A stretch of DNA of 63,988 nucleotides, counting the filler, from Limisphaerales bacterium (GTDB lineage: Bacteria; Verrucomicrobiota; Verrucomicrobiia; Limisphaerales; SIBE01), in NCBI GenBank assembly GCA_044225505.1. It is 3 parts of 3 records of this genome, joined end to end, with 100 filler letters (N's around TTAATTAATTAA, not from the genome) between each part and the next. Parts side by side here need not be neighbours in the genome. Positions count along the whole stretch, not along the records: positions 1 to 22,403 come from JBGAIN010000141.1; positions 22,504 to 44,717 come from JBGAIN010000142.1; 1 more part is not named here. The stretch is one strand, 5' to 3'. The notes under the pieces were generated by a model. It was given only the letters and a program-made list of their open reading frames with translations. It ran no database searches and was not told the origin of the DNA. How positions within the stretch are numbered: the stretch's first letter is position 1; each line of letters starts with the position of its first letter. This document shows, piece by piece, positions 21,507 through 30,905 of this stretch. Both the position numbers and the translations under genes were made by a program.

Positions 21507-22400
21507 TCAATACGGCACCGATCGATCCGCTTCCAGAAAATCCGGGATACCATTGTGGTTCTTATCGAGCTGGCCCTTCGTGTAGGCATAGAGGATCAGG
21601 AGCGCCGCCGCGCCGAAGACCCCGATCCCGCCCAGGAGGATGGCAGTGCCATGCTCCGGGAGCGTTTGTGCCAGCACCACCATCCCAGCCCCCACCCCGA
21701 TCGCTAAAGCGGCTTTGGTCCACCAACCGAAGTAAATCAACACGCCCGCCACCAGCGTCATCATGGCAATCCCCGCCCACATCACCGGTTGCATCTGGCC
21801 TGCCCGCCGCGCCCATTCGCTGCCGGTATCTTTCTGCGCTGCGCCAAGGCGGGTCTCGGTGCGATCTCTGGAGGTCATGCGCACTGGAACCGCTCGGTCG
21901 ATGACAACAATTTGTTGACGTTCTGGCCGGAAACTCCCGCCACCTGGCCGTGGCGAGGTTTCAATCGCCCGATTTCCTGGATCGTTCACCGACGTCCCGA
22001 GTTCAATGGCCGAGCCCGCGGGCAACACGTATTCCAGCGTCTGTTGCGATTCAACCGTCTGCTGCGACGGTTCCTTGGGGTTGTCCGACTGACGCAGCGT
22101 CGCCACGTTGGTGTGTCCCGCGCGGCCGATACCTGTCGTGGCGCTTCCGCCCCGGAGGGGTTCGACCGTCTGACAGCCTGCTAAAGCGATGAAGAGCACC
22201 ACCAACACGGCCAGAAGTGCGAGCAACCCCGCCGTGCGCGAGATGGAAAACACTGCCACACTGTTCCGCACAAACGATCGATGCGGAGTGCTGCGCGTGA
22301 ACACCACTTCCGAATGGCGGACTCCATGCAAACAGCCGTTGCTAAAGAGCACCCAGCGCCGTTCCCGTGACTGCGGTTTGGATTTGGTCGGGTGTTTCAT
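21507..22400 (-). CDS. hypothetical membrane protein with lipobox-like LAGC, three C-terminal TM segments and DKNHNGIPD tail
   Basis: Hydrophobic stretch ending LAGC, C-terminal hydrophobic segments, DxNxNG Ca-loop-like motif. Abuts the contig end, so the start is uncertain. Confidence 0.65.
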   Translation of the reverse strand: MKHPTKSKPQSRERRWVLFSNGCLHGVRHSEVVFTRSTPHRSFVRNSVAVFSISRTAGLLALLAVLVVLFIALAGCQTVEPLRGGSATTGIGRAGHTNVATLRQSDNPKEPSQQTVESQQTLEYVLPAGSAIELGTSVNDPGNRAIETSPRPGGGSFRPERQQIVVIDRAVPVRMTSRDRTETRLGAAQKDTGSEWARRAGQMQPVMWAGIAMMTLVAGVLIYFGWWTKAALAIGVGAGMVVLAQTLPEHGTAILLGGIGVFGAAALLILYAYTKGQLDKNHNGIPDFLEADRSVPY

Positions 22401-22403
22401 AAG

Positions 22404-22503
22404 NNNNNNNNNNNNNNNNNNNNNNNNNNNNNNNNNNNNNNNNNNNNTTAATTAATTAANNNNNNNNNNNNNNNNNNNNNNNNNNNNNNNNNNNNNNNNN
22501 NNN
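22404..22503. other. assembly/contig linker (N44-TTAATTAATTAA-N44)
   Basis: 100-nt block with an all-frame stop spacer at 22448-22459. Confidence 0.97.
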
Positions 22504-22610
22504 GTCGATGGATGGTTCCGGAGGGATACCCAGTCCAGTGTCTGGCATAGAACCGGCTGACGTCGGTCGCGTCCGTGACCAGTTCGACCGTTGTTAGTCC
22601 GTCAGCATTG

Positions 22611-23018
22611 ATGAAGAGTTCAGCGCAGTGCGAGAATCAAGACCAAGGTCAAACCATTTTGTTGGTAGAAGACGAAGGCCCCGTTCGTACCGTTGTCAAA
22701 CGAGTTCTCCAGCGCCACGGCTACCATGTGCTCGAAGCAACATGCGGTCAGGAAGCCCTAGACTTGTGGCAACAACACGCTGACAGGATCGTCCTTTTAT
22801 TTACAGACCTCGTGTTACCCGACGGAATGAATGGGCGTGAACTTGCCCAGAGGCTTCGTTCTCAGAAGCACACGCTGCGGATTCTCTTTACGACTGGTTA
22901 CAACTCCGATGTGGTCGCCCCCTTAGCCGGGGACGTGGGGGTGCATTTTCTGGCCAAACCGTACCGCCCCGCGGAACTAGTCCAAATGGTCCAACAAAGC
23001 ATTCACGGAATTTCCTGA
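22611..23018 (+). CDS. single-domain response regulator (receiver)
   Basis: TILLVEDE, FTDLVLPDGMNG, TTGY, KPY. Confidence 0.88.
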   Translation: MKSSAQCENQDQGQTILLVEDEGPVRTVVKRVLQRHGYHVLEATCGQEALDLWQQHADRIVLLFTDLVLPDGMNGRELAQRLRSQKHTLRILFTTGYNSDVVAPLAGDVGVHFLAKPYRPAELVQMVQQSIHGIS

Positions 23019-23095
23019 ACGGCGCTCGGAAGCGTTCGCTTGTGCGGCAGCTCCCGGAGGCCTATGCTCGGCCCATGCCGTGTCAGGCACCGTGA

Positions 23096-24451
23096 ATGAG
23101 TAACTCACCTCACTTCGAGACGACTTCGTTGGAGATTCTACGGCGAGCCTTGGTCGAACTTGATCGAGGATTCGCCCTGTTGCCCGCTGCGGAGTCGGAC
23201 TCGGTGAATCCGAAAGAGCTGGAGCGGATTTTACTGCAAACGGCTCGTCGGTTACACGAGAATTATCCCTATTTCCATCCACTCTACGCAGGTCAAATGC
23301 TGAAGCCTCCCCATGCGATCGCTCGCTTGGCGGCAACCCTTGCGCTCTGGATAAATCCAAATAACCACGCCCTCGATGGGGGGCGGGCCAGTTCTGCGAT
23401 GGAGAAGGAAGCGGTGGCCGAGATTGGAAGGCTATGGGGTTGGGATTCACTCTTGGGCCACCTTACCAGCGGCGGGACTATGGCCAATCTGGAGGCCCTA
23501 TGGATTGCCGGGCAATTGCGGCCCGGTGAAACCATCGTTGCTTCCCAACAGGCCCACTACACCCATGGAAGGCTGAGCCGAGTCCTGCAATTGCCTTTTG
23601 AATCTGTGGCCACGGACAATCGGGGACGAATGGACCTGAGTGCTCTGCAGAAACTGCTTAGGACCAAAACGGTCGGCACGGTCGTGGCCACGGTTGGAAC
23701 CACAGCCTGTGGCGCCGTCGACCCTGTCGATGATTTGCTGGAATTGCGCGCTCAACATGGGTTTCGCTTGCACATCGATGCGGCCTACGGGGGGTACTTC
23801 GTCCTGGCAGATAACCTGGAGAGAGAGACGCAGCGCGCTTACGCTCGCCTGGGCGAGGCGGACTCCATCGTGATCGATCCGCATAAACATGGCTTACAGC
23901 CCTACGGCTGTGGTTGCGTGCTTTTCAAGGATCCGGCCGTCGGACGATTCTATCGCCATGATTCTCCCTACACTTACTTCACGTCCGAGGAACTGCATCT
24001 GGGAGAGATCAGTCTCGAATGTTCCCGTCCAGGCGCAGCCGCGGTGGCTCTCTGGGCGACGCAACAGTTGTTCCCGCTCGTTCGACAGGGACTCTTTGCT
24101 CAAATGTTGCAGAAAAGCCGACAGGCGGCTTTGGAGCTCCACGCGCGACTGGCAGCCGATTCCAGATTTCTCCCTTTCGGTCCACCTGAACTCGACATCG
24201 TCACTTGGGTTTGTCGTGCCGCAAGCGTCAGTTCCTCTTCCGCGCGGGCAGAGCAAATCTTTCGCGAAGCGGCACGACGGGACTTGCACCTGGCGCTGGC
24301 GACGTTGCCGTGTCCGTTCTTCGACTTGGCGCAGGAGGGGATCGCGGTGGATCAACCTCAGGTGCGGTGTCTCCGGTCGGTATTAATGAAACCGGAACAT
24401 CGAGGGTGGATAGATGAGATCTGGAGGATTTTGAATTTGGCAGCGGCATAG
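23096..24451 (+). CDS. group II PLP-dependent decarboxylase
   Basis: TSGGTMAN, AHYT, HIDAAYGG, DPHK (PLP lysine). Confidence 0.92.
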   Translation: MSNSPHFETTSLEILRRALVELDRGFALLPAAESDSVNPKELERILLQTARRLHENYPYFHPLYAGQMLKPPHAIARLAATLALWINPNNHALDGGRASSAMEKEAVAEIGRLWGWDSLLGHLTSGGTMANLEALWIAGQLRPGETIVASQQAHYTHGRLSRVLQLPFESVATDNRGRMDLSALQKLLRTKTVGTVVATVGTTACGAVDPVDDLLELRAQHGFRLHIDAAYGGYFVLADNLERETQRAYARLGEADSIVIDPHKHGLQPYGCGCVLFKDPAVGRFYRHDSPYTYFTSEELHLGEISLECSRPGAAAVALWATQQLFPLVRQGLFAQMLQKSRQAALELHARLAADSRFLPFGPPELDIVTWVCRAASVSSSSARAEQIFREAARRDLHLALATLPCPFFDLAQEGIAVDQPQVRCLRSVLMKPEHRGWIDEIWRILNLAAA

Positions 24452-24518
24452 TTCTAATCTTGTGGGCGGGGCAGGGGCCCTGGGAGCCCGCCTTAGGGCT
24501 CCTGAAAGAGAGGCTGGC

Positions 24519-24542
24519 GCGACTGGCGACTGGCGACTGGCG
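24519..24542 (+). repeat. tandem heptamer repeat (GCGACTG)x3 plus partial copy
   Basis: Directly visible; preceded by hairpin GGAGCCC-N6-GGGCTCC at 24483-24502. Confidence 0.8.
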
Positions 24543-24596
24543 GCGAGAGTGGTGGCCAGGCGGAGTAATGGATGGTTTGACGTTGAGAGCGGCTCT

Positions 24597-24612
24597 AGCA
24601 TCTCTTGTGCCA
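24597..24612 (-). promoter_or_regulatory. sigma-54 (-24/-12) motif
   Basis: Minus strand TGGCACAAGAGATGCT, GG-N10-GC. Confidence 0.45.
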
Positions 24613-24696
24613 GAATCTCCAGGCGGCCGCTGGAGCGGCCCTAGGGCCAATAATACGGTTGCACCGAGTTCTCATTTCTGATCATACTCTCGATGC

Positions 24697-26013
24697 GTGA
24701 CCCGGATTCAGCGTTTCCGTTACCGCTCGTTTACCCTTCTCTTAGGCGGGGTTTGCCTATGCGTTTTCCCTCTCCTTCCGTTGGTTGCAGCTGTTCTCCC
24801 GCTAACACACGACGTTTACCTTTGGCAGCGTTCCTGGGACTCCGATGTGAAAGCGGCGGTTGGGCTCCATTCCTCCGCCTTTAGCGAACTGGTCGTTCTA
24901 GCCGCGGAGGTAAGCTGGAAGGGCAAATCGCCTCGGTTGACGCGAGTAGCCCTCGATTACGACGCACTTAAGAGATGTTCGCCAAGCGTGGGTTTGGCTC
25001 TTCGGATCGGTCCGTTTAATGGCCCATTCAGTGGAACCGGCGAGCCGCTGGAATCGCTTTCGCAGCTGGCGTCCGGTCTCCTGCAGGAGGCCAAAGAGAA
25101 CGGCATCATTGTCCGGGAGCTTCAATTGGACTTCGATTGCGCGGACTCAAAACTGTCCGGTTACGCAGCGTGGATCCAGTCGCTCCGTCGTCAAATCCGG
25201 CCGGTCGCCGTGACGATCACGGCCCTCCCGAGTTGGCTGTTCCAGTCGGCCTTCAAAGAACTGGTTCGAGCGACGGATGGCTACGTCTTGCAAGTCCATT
25301 CGCTGCAACGCCCCAAGGGGATTAATGATCCTTTTGACCTTTGTCCGCCAGACATGGCAATTCGAGCTGTCGATCGTGCCGGCAAGTATGGTATTCCGTT
25401 TCGGGTGGCTCTTCCGACCTACGGCTACCGACTCATCTTCGATGCCAGTGGTAAGTTTCTAGCCCTTGCGGCGGAAACTCTGCCAGCGAGCTTACCGGCC
25501 AACGTCCGAATGCGCGAAGTGCAATCAGATCCCGCGGCGATGGCGGAGTTGGTTCGGCACTGGGCCAGCGAACGTCCCGCTGCGCTGCGCGGGATAATCT
25601 GGTATCGGCTACCTGTGCGCGGAGATCAGCTGAATTGGCCGTGGCCGACTTTGGCGACCGTGATGGCCGGCCAGGCGCCGCAGGAGCGCTGGCGATTTGA
25701 CGTGCAGCGTTCCAAGACCGGCCTCGTCGAAATTTCCGTGGTTAATGAAGGCCAGTTACCCTTGGCTTTCCCAGCAGCGGTGACCATCCGTTGGGGGCAA
25801 TCCCGTCTCATCGCTGCGGACGGATCAGGAGGTTACGTTTTTACCGAGGATGGTCCGCGCGGCTGTCGTCTCCAACTTCCGCCCGCTACTCCTCCCACGC
25901 GACTCCGACCCGGGGCAAAACATTTGATCGGCTGGATGCGGCTAACCAAAGACGAGGAAGTGTGCCTTGAGCTTGCAGCATATGAACCATCAAAAATCGA
26001 GACCATTCGATGA
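24697..26013 (+). CDS. DUF3142 domain protein
   Basis: YLWQRSW, LQLDFDCA, ITALPSW, VLQVH, ALPTYG, IWYRLP motifs; signal peptide. Confidence 0.85.
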   Translation: MTRIQRFRYRSFTLLLGGVCLCVFPLLPLVAAVLPLTHDVYLWQRSWDSDVKAAVGLHSSAFSELVVLAAEVSWKGKSPRLTRVALDYDALKRCSPSVGLALRIGPFNGPFSGTGEPLESLSQLASGLLQEAKENGIIVRELQLDFDCADSKLSGYAAWIQSLRRQIRPVAVTITALPSWLFQSAFKELVRATDGYVLQVHSLQRPKGINDPFDLCPPDMAIRAVDRAGKYGIPFRVALPTYGYRLIFDASGKFLALAAETLPASLPANVRMREVQSDPAAMAELVRHWASERPAALRGIIWYRLPVRGDQLNWPWPTLATVMAGQAPQERWRFDVQRSKTGLVEISVVNEGQLPLAFPAAVTIRWGQSRLIAADGSGGYVFTEDGPRGCRLQLPPATPPTRLRPGAKHLIGWMRLTKDEEVCLELAAYEPSKIETIR

Positions 26014-28360
26014 GAGTCGTATCGACAATGAAACAGCCTTGGCGGGGGCCGGACGCTGGAACTGGGCGACGGCGTTTGGAAAAGCGTCGTCAAAACTCTG
26101 CGATGGGAGACGATCCCGTTTCAGAGCCCTTCTCCTCGTCCTGGCTGGCTGGCTGGTTGGCAGCAGCGGCATAACCGATGTTCGAGCTTGCGGTCCGTTC
26201 TTCCCAAATATGCTGTTGCTCGGTGGGGATCTGGCGCTCCTTGAGGCGCCACAAAGCGACTTTGCCATTGAATTGCGGCGATTGCCCTTATCTAAGCAAC
26301 GTTTCACCGCGTTACCTGCAACAAACGGTCTGCCCGTCCAGACCGCGGAAGCTGAGTGGTCTGACTTGCAGCGCGCACTGGCCAAACTCAATCCGCGAGA
26401 CCCCGAAACAGGCGAGCTTCTGGCGAGCTTTCAACAAGTTCGACGCGCGTTGCGTCGCCACGCCGAAGCTCTGGAACAGTGGCGAGAACGGCAGCTCTTT
26501 CGCAAAGGAGAAAAAAATGCAGAGCCCCGCCCAGACTTAGCGCCGGTCTCGATTCCAGCGGGTTTGCCTGGCGAGTTCAGAGATTACCTCGCAGGCAGTG
26601 TCGCGTTCCATGCGGGTGACACGAATGGCGCGCGTGCGGCCTGGCAACAGCTGTTGGAGCGTCCGGACTCCGATCGTTTTTGGCGATCGACTTGGGCGGC
26701 GTTCATGCTGGGGAAGACGCTGATCGATTTCAATGCGGAGTTGGCGGTCGGTTTCTTTCAGCTTGTGCGCCATCTCGCGGAAGCCGGTTTTTCCGATTCG
26801 CTTGGCCTGGCGGCCGCCAGCTATGGATGGGAAGCGAAAGCCGAGTGGAGACGCGGGAACCATGCGGCGGCACTTCGGCTTTATTTGATTCAACACCAGA
26901 CGGGAGATCCGACTGCTCTGGTGTCTTTGCGCTTGACGGTAAGTCAACTGTTGTCTGGTCCCCCGGCTAATCTAGAGCCGGTCGCCTGGGATCCTGTGGC
27001 GCAGAGAATCGTCACTGCCTATCTGGTCTCGCGCCCTGGAACGGCCGATCGGGAGGCTGTCGAGCAGATGACGGGATTGCTGCAGAATTGGCTCGCCGCA
27101 GTTAAGAACCTCGATGACAGAGAGATTGCGTCCGCGGACAGCTTGGCGCTGGCAGCGTATCGCGCGGGGTTGTTCGACCTGGCGAGCGGTTGGCTGCAGC
27201 GCGCTGGAACGACATCGGCGATGGCGCAGTGGCTTCGAGCGAAACTGCTGTTGCGCGAAGGCAACGTTGCTGAGGCTGCCAAGCTCCTCGCCAGTGTTAG
27301 TCACTTATTTGCCAAAGAGGGAGAGTGGTCCGCGCCGATCGCCCTCGATGCGAGTGGTTCGCCCTCGGATCGGGCCTGGAACATGCGTTCGCTAATCCGC
27401 CAATCGATGGGCGAGATGGGCGTTCTGCACCTGGCCCGGCGCGAGTATTACGAGGCTTTGGATACGTTGTTGCGGGCTGGTTTTTGGAACGACGCTGCTT
27501 ACGTCGCGGAGGTTGTGCTCGCTCCCGACGAAGTGATGGCCTATGCTGATCGGCAGTGGCCCGAGCCGGAGGTGGAGGAGGGAACCGCGCCTGCTAAACC
27601 GTGGAATGCCTACGCCGAGGGCACCGTCAAGCCTGGCGCGGTCGGACCTGCTCTACGATACTTGGTCGCACGGCGGCTAGCGCGGCTGGGCCGATGGACC
27701 GAAGCGATCGCCTTCTATCCAGTGCAATGGCGACCTCAATTCCAGGCGTTCGCCGAAGCCCTACAGGACGGTCGAAACCCGTCCTTGCCTGTCGAAGAGC
27801 GCGCCAAGCGCCTTTGGACGGCAGCCCAATTAGCGCGGCACGGAGGAATGGAGTTGCTTGGGACAGAATTGGAACCGGATTGGCACGTCTACGAAGGACA
27901 GTTTCAAGGGAATCCGGTCACGGCGCTCCGAGGTCGACGAATCGAAGAGACTCTAACATCCAATAACTCTGATCCCGCTTGTCCCAGTGACACCCTCGTG
28001 GCGAGTTCAGAGGATGAACAACGGCGTGTCGAAGAACACAAAGTCCAGCCGGCGCGACGGTTTCACTACCGTTACATGGCGGCGGAACTCGGTTGGGAAG
28101 CGGCTCAACTCATGCCGGATAACACAGACGAGACAGCGCGCGTCCTTTGGCAGTCCGGAAGTTGGGTAAAGGCGCGTGATCCGAAGTTGGCCGACCGATT
28201 CTATAAGGCGCTCGTTAATCGTTGTCGCAGGACTCGCCTCGGGCATTTTGCAGATATCGTGCGCTGGTTTCCACCCTTCGCGATCCCTGAAACTCTTCCG
28301 ACCATGGAAGCGATCGCCTTGAACGATTCACCCAGCGTGTTGACTGAGCCTTGGCCTTAA
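25982..28360 (+). CDS. secreted TPR-like helical protein, partner of DUF3142
   Basis: Signal-like region followed by ACGPFFP; Ala/Leu/Trp-rich helical repeats; RFHYRY near the C-terminus; overlaps the DUF3142 gene. Confidence 0.75.
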   Translation: MNHQKSRPFDESRIDNETALAGAGRWNWATAFGKASSKLCDGRRSRFRALLLVLAGWLVGSSGITDVRACGPFFPNMLLLGGDLALLEAPQSDFAIELRRLPLSKQRFTALPATNGLPVQTAEAEWSDLQRALAKLNPRDPETGELLASFQQVRRALRRHAEALEQWRERQLFRKGEKNAEPRPDLAPVSIPAGLPGEFRDYLAGSVAFHAGDTNGARAAWQQLLERPDSDRFWRSTWAAFMLGKTLIDFNAELAVGFFQLVRHLAEAGFSDSLGLAAASYGWEAKAEWRRGNHAAALRLYLIQHQTGDPTALVSLRLTVSQLLSGPPANLEPVAWDPVAQRIVTAYLVSRPGTADREAVEQMTGLLQNWLAAVKNLDDREIASADSLALAAYRAGLFDLASGWLQRAGTTSAMAQWLRAKLLLREGNVAEAAKLLASVSHLFAKEGEWSAPIALDASGSPSDRAWNMRSLIRQSMGEMGVLHLARREYYEALDTLLRAGFWNDAAYVAEVVLAPDEVMAYADRQWPEPEVEEGTAPAKPWNAYAEGTVKPGAVGPALRYLVARRLARLGRWTEAIAFYPVQWRPQFQAFAEALQDGRNPSLPVEERAKRLWTAAQLARHGGMELLGTELEPDWHVYEGQFQGNPVTALRGRRIEETLTSNNSDPACPSDTLVASSEDEQRRVEEHKVQPARRFHYRYMAAELGWEAAQLMPDNTDETARVLWQSGSWVKARDPKLADRFYKALVNRCRRTRLGHFADIVRWFPPFAIPETLPTMEAIALNDSPSVLTEPWP

Positions 28361-28426
28361 CCGAGTCAAGTTACCCCATTTGAGCCTGCGGCCCCTCTCC
28401 GGTGCATCGAGTGGAGGGCAGCCGAA

Positions 28427-29233
28427 TTAGCAAATCCGCATTGTCAGTCCGCCGTCGATGCTGACTGTTTCCCCGGTGATATAATCGTTCGTGAGGAGTT
28501 CACGGATCAGGCTGGCGACCTGTTCGGGAGTTCCTTCTCGATGGAGAGGAATCCGCTTTTCGACATTGAACTGCTGAACCTCACGCCGCATGGCCTGGTG
28601 AAAATCCGTTCGAATGATCCCCGGCGCGACGCAGTTAACGCGAATCTGGTCATCAGCGAGTTCGTAGGCGAGTGCGCGCGTGAGCTGAGGCAACGCTCCT
28701 TTGACAGCTTGATAGGCAAGGTTCGTCTTTATTCCGCGGATCCCCGCGGCAGACGAGATCAAGAGTATCGCACCGCCACCCCGTTGTTTCATCCATGGCA
28801 CACTTGCCCGACAAAGGTGAAAAATTGCGTGCAGATGCACATCGAAGGCGGCATACCATGCCTCGGGTGTCAGTTCGAGAAGGCCTCCTGGAACTGGACC
28901 GCCCGCTGAATGCACGACGATGTCGACCCCCCCAAAGTGCTCGACGGTTCGGTCCACGCACTTCTGCGCTTCTTTCGGTTGCATTAGGTCAGCGCTGATG
29001 AGCAGGCATTCCCGTCCTATCCTGCGGATGTCAGCGCGAAGGGTCTCGGCGATCTCATCGGTTCGGCGCGCGACTAGGGCTAGCCTTGCACCTGCCTGAG
29101 CACAGGCCAGGGCTGTGGCAGCGCCAATGCCTCTTGTTCCGCCCGTAATCAAGCAAACTTTGTCTTGGAGTGAGCCGGTGGCAGGGGAAGATGGGATTGG
29201 GTGGTTCACGAGAATAAGTGTGCCAGGTGCCAT
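28427..29233 (-). CDS. SDR family oxidoreductase
   Basis: TGGTRGIG, YQAVK catalytic motif, RVNCVAPG, IDGG. Confidence 0.93.
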   Translation of the reverse strand: MAPGTLILVNHPIPSSPATGSLQDKVCLITGGTRGIGAATALACAQAGARLALVARRTDEIAETLRADIRRIGRECLLISADLMQPKEAQKCVDRTVEHFGGVDIVVHSAGGPVPGGLLELTPEAWYAAFDVHLHAIFHLCRASVPWMKQRGGGAILLISSAAGIRGIKTNLAYQAVKGALPQLTRALAYELADDQIRVNCVAPGIIRTDFHQAMRREVQQFNVEKRIPLHREGTPEQVASLIRELLTNDYITGETVSIDGGLTMRIC

Positions 29234-29359
29234 GGCTGCGGCGAAGCGTAAATCCTAACCGTGATGCGAATCCATCATTCGCGGCTCGGCCTGGCTTCCC
29301 TATTGGCTTGTGTCAACGAATGACCGTCGGCATGTTGAGTCAAGAACGTTTCAACCCCT

Positions 29360-30319
29360 ATGACCTGGTTACCCAGTAATATGTTGGTCGGGGCTGTCGA
29401 GGCTGGAGGAACAAAATGGGTCTGTGCGGTCGGCTCGGGCCCAAACCGAGAGCTTCTCAGCCGCGTGGAGTTTCCTGTCGGAGACGATCCCACCGCATTG
29501 ATTGCCGAAGTGATCGCGTGGCTCAAGGCGCGCGAGACCGCTTGCGGTCGTTTGCGCGCGATTGGAATCGCATGCTTTGGCCCTTTGGACCTGGACACGC
29601 AATCTCCTACCTACGGATTCATCACGACGACCCCCAAGAAAGCGTGGCGGAATTTCGACATCGTCGGCCCATTTCGAAAAGCGTTTTCGCGTATCCCAGT
29701 CGGACTTGATACCGACGTCAACGGAGCTGGGATTGGCGAATTTGTCTGGGGCCATGCCCGGGGACTGGAAGACTTTGTCTATGTCACCATGGGCACAGGC
29801 ATTGGCGGCGGCGGCATGGCGCGCGGCCGGATTCTGCATGGATTGGTTCACCCGGAGATGGGGCATTTGTTGCTCCCAACTCTCCCGGGCGACTCGTTTG
29901 CCGGGGCGTGCGACTTCCACGGACGGTGTTGGGAAGGACTCTGCTCTGGGCCGGCGATAGAATTACGGGCCGGGGCACGCGCCGAATCGCTTCCGGAAGA
30001 TCACCCTGCGTGGACGTGGGTTGCACAGTACACAGCAATGGCTCTGGCGAATATTATCTGTGTCCTATCGCCCCGGAGGATCATCGTTGGCGGCAGTGTC
30101 CGCAAAGCCGGACGCCTTGGGCAAGATCAGTTTTTTACCCTGGTTCGGTCTTTTGTCCGTGATTCGCTGAACCACTACATCGCCTCGGACGAGTTGGGTC
30201 CGGACCGAATCTCACGTTACATCGTTCCGCCGATGCTGGATGACGACGCTGGAATATGTGGCGCTATTGCTCTTGGTCAAAGCGCCGCCAGGCGTCCGGA
30301 GGAAGCGACGACCAGTTGA
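29360..30319 (+). CDS. ROK family kinase (fructokinase-like)
   Basis: EAGGTK, FGPLD, TDVNGA, GTGIGGG, HPEMGH, zinc-site CDFH..C. Confidence 0.9.
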   Translation: MTWLPSNMLVGAVEAGGTKWVCAVGSGPNRELLSRVEFPVGDDPTALIAEVIAWLKARETACGRLRAIGIACFGPLDLDTQSPTYGFITTTPKKAWRNFDIVGPFRKAFSRIPVGLDTDVNGAGIGEFVWGHARGLEDFVYVTMGTGIGGGGMARGRILHGLVHPEMGHLLLPTLPGDSFAGACDFHGRCWEGLCSGPAIELRAGARAESLPEDHPAWTWVAQYTAMALANIICVLSPRRIIVGGSVRKAGRLGQDQFFTLVRSFVRDSLNHYIASDELGPDRISRYIVPPMLDDDAGICGAIALGQSAARRPEEATTS

Positions 30320-30348
30320 TTCCCTGGCAAAGTGCATTAGCCTATTGC

Positions 30349-30777
30349 GTGGCTCATAGCTCCGAAGAAACGGTTGGCCCTGATGCGCGTCCAGAGTTAA
30401 CGGAGCTGCGTCGACGTCTGCTCGACTTGCATAAGGCGTTGATCGATTCGGAACGAATTGGTTACGAAAAAGTGTTCGGTTCCGTGAATTCTTCTGCGGA
30501 TTTTCTCGATCTACTGATCCGGGATCCTTGGTTTGGCTGGCTCCGGCCAGTCTCCGAATTGATCGTGTTGATCGACGAAACGCTGGATGGCGATAGTCCA
30601 ATTCCCGCCGATGACCTGGCTCGATTTCAGAAAAGCATTCGAGTTCTGTTAACGCCATCGGATTTGAGGGAGAGCTTCGCCTCGCATTACGTCGAGTCTC
30701 TGCAGCGGGATGCGGATGTCATCTTCGCTCATGGTGAACTGGTTAAAACGCTGCCGGCAGTGAAGCGAGCGGAATAA
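30349..30777 (+). CDS. conserved hypothetical alpha-helical protein
   Basis: LHKALIDSER...DPWFGWLRPVSELIV pattern; probable GTG start at 30349. Confidence 0.7.
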   Translation: MAHSSEETVGPDARPELTELRRRLLDLHKALIDSERIGYEKVFGSVNSSADFLDLLIRDPWFGWLRPVSELIVLIDETLDGDSPIPADDLARFQKSIRVLLTPSDLRESFASHYVESLQRDADVIFAHGELVKTLPAVKRAE

Positions 30778-30905
30778 CGTCGGTTCCGAGTGGAAACCAA
30801 GCGCTGGATACAAGGCGAATCTAAGATCGAGCTTGGAGGGTGTCTTTTCGCTGGTGTGCGCGTGGCTCAGAGGAGTGGGCGCTTCCGCGTGTGACCACGG
30901 ACGCC

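Noticed and set aside
22404..22503. TTAATTAATTAA palindrome within an N run (repeated at 44718-44817)
   Set aside because: Artificial all-frame-stop contig linker. It is not biological, and gene adjacency across it should not be interpreted.
22542..22558. CTGGCATAGAACCGGCT upstream of the response regulator
   Set aside because: Spacing is correct but the -12 element is poor (CGGC); too weak to call, and it lies close to the contig start.
24519..24542. Possible CRISPR or other spaced repeat array
   Set aside because: Only a short contiguous heptamer repeat with no spacers; no repeat-spacer array or cas gene seen in the window.
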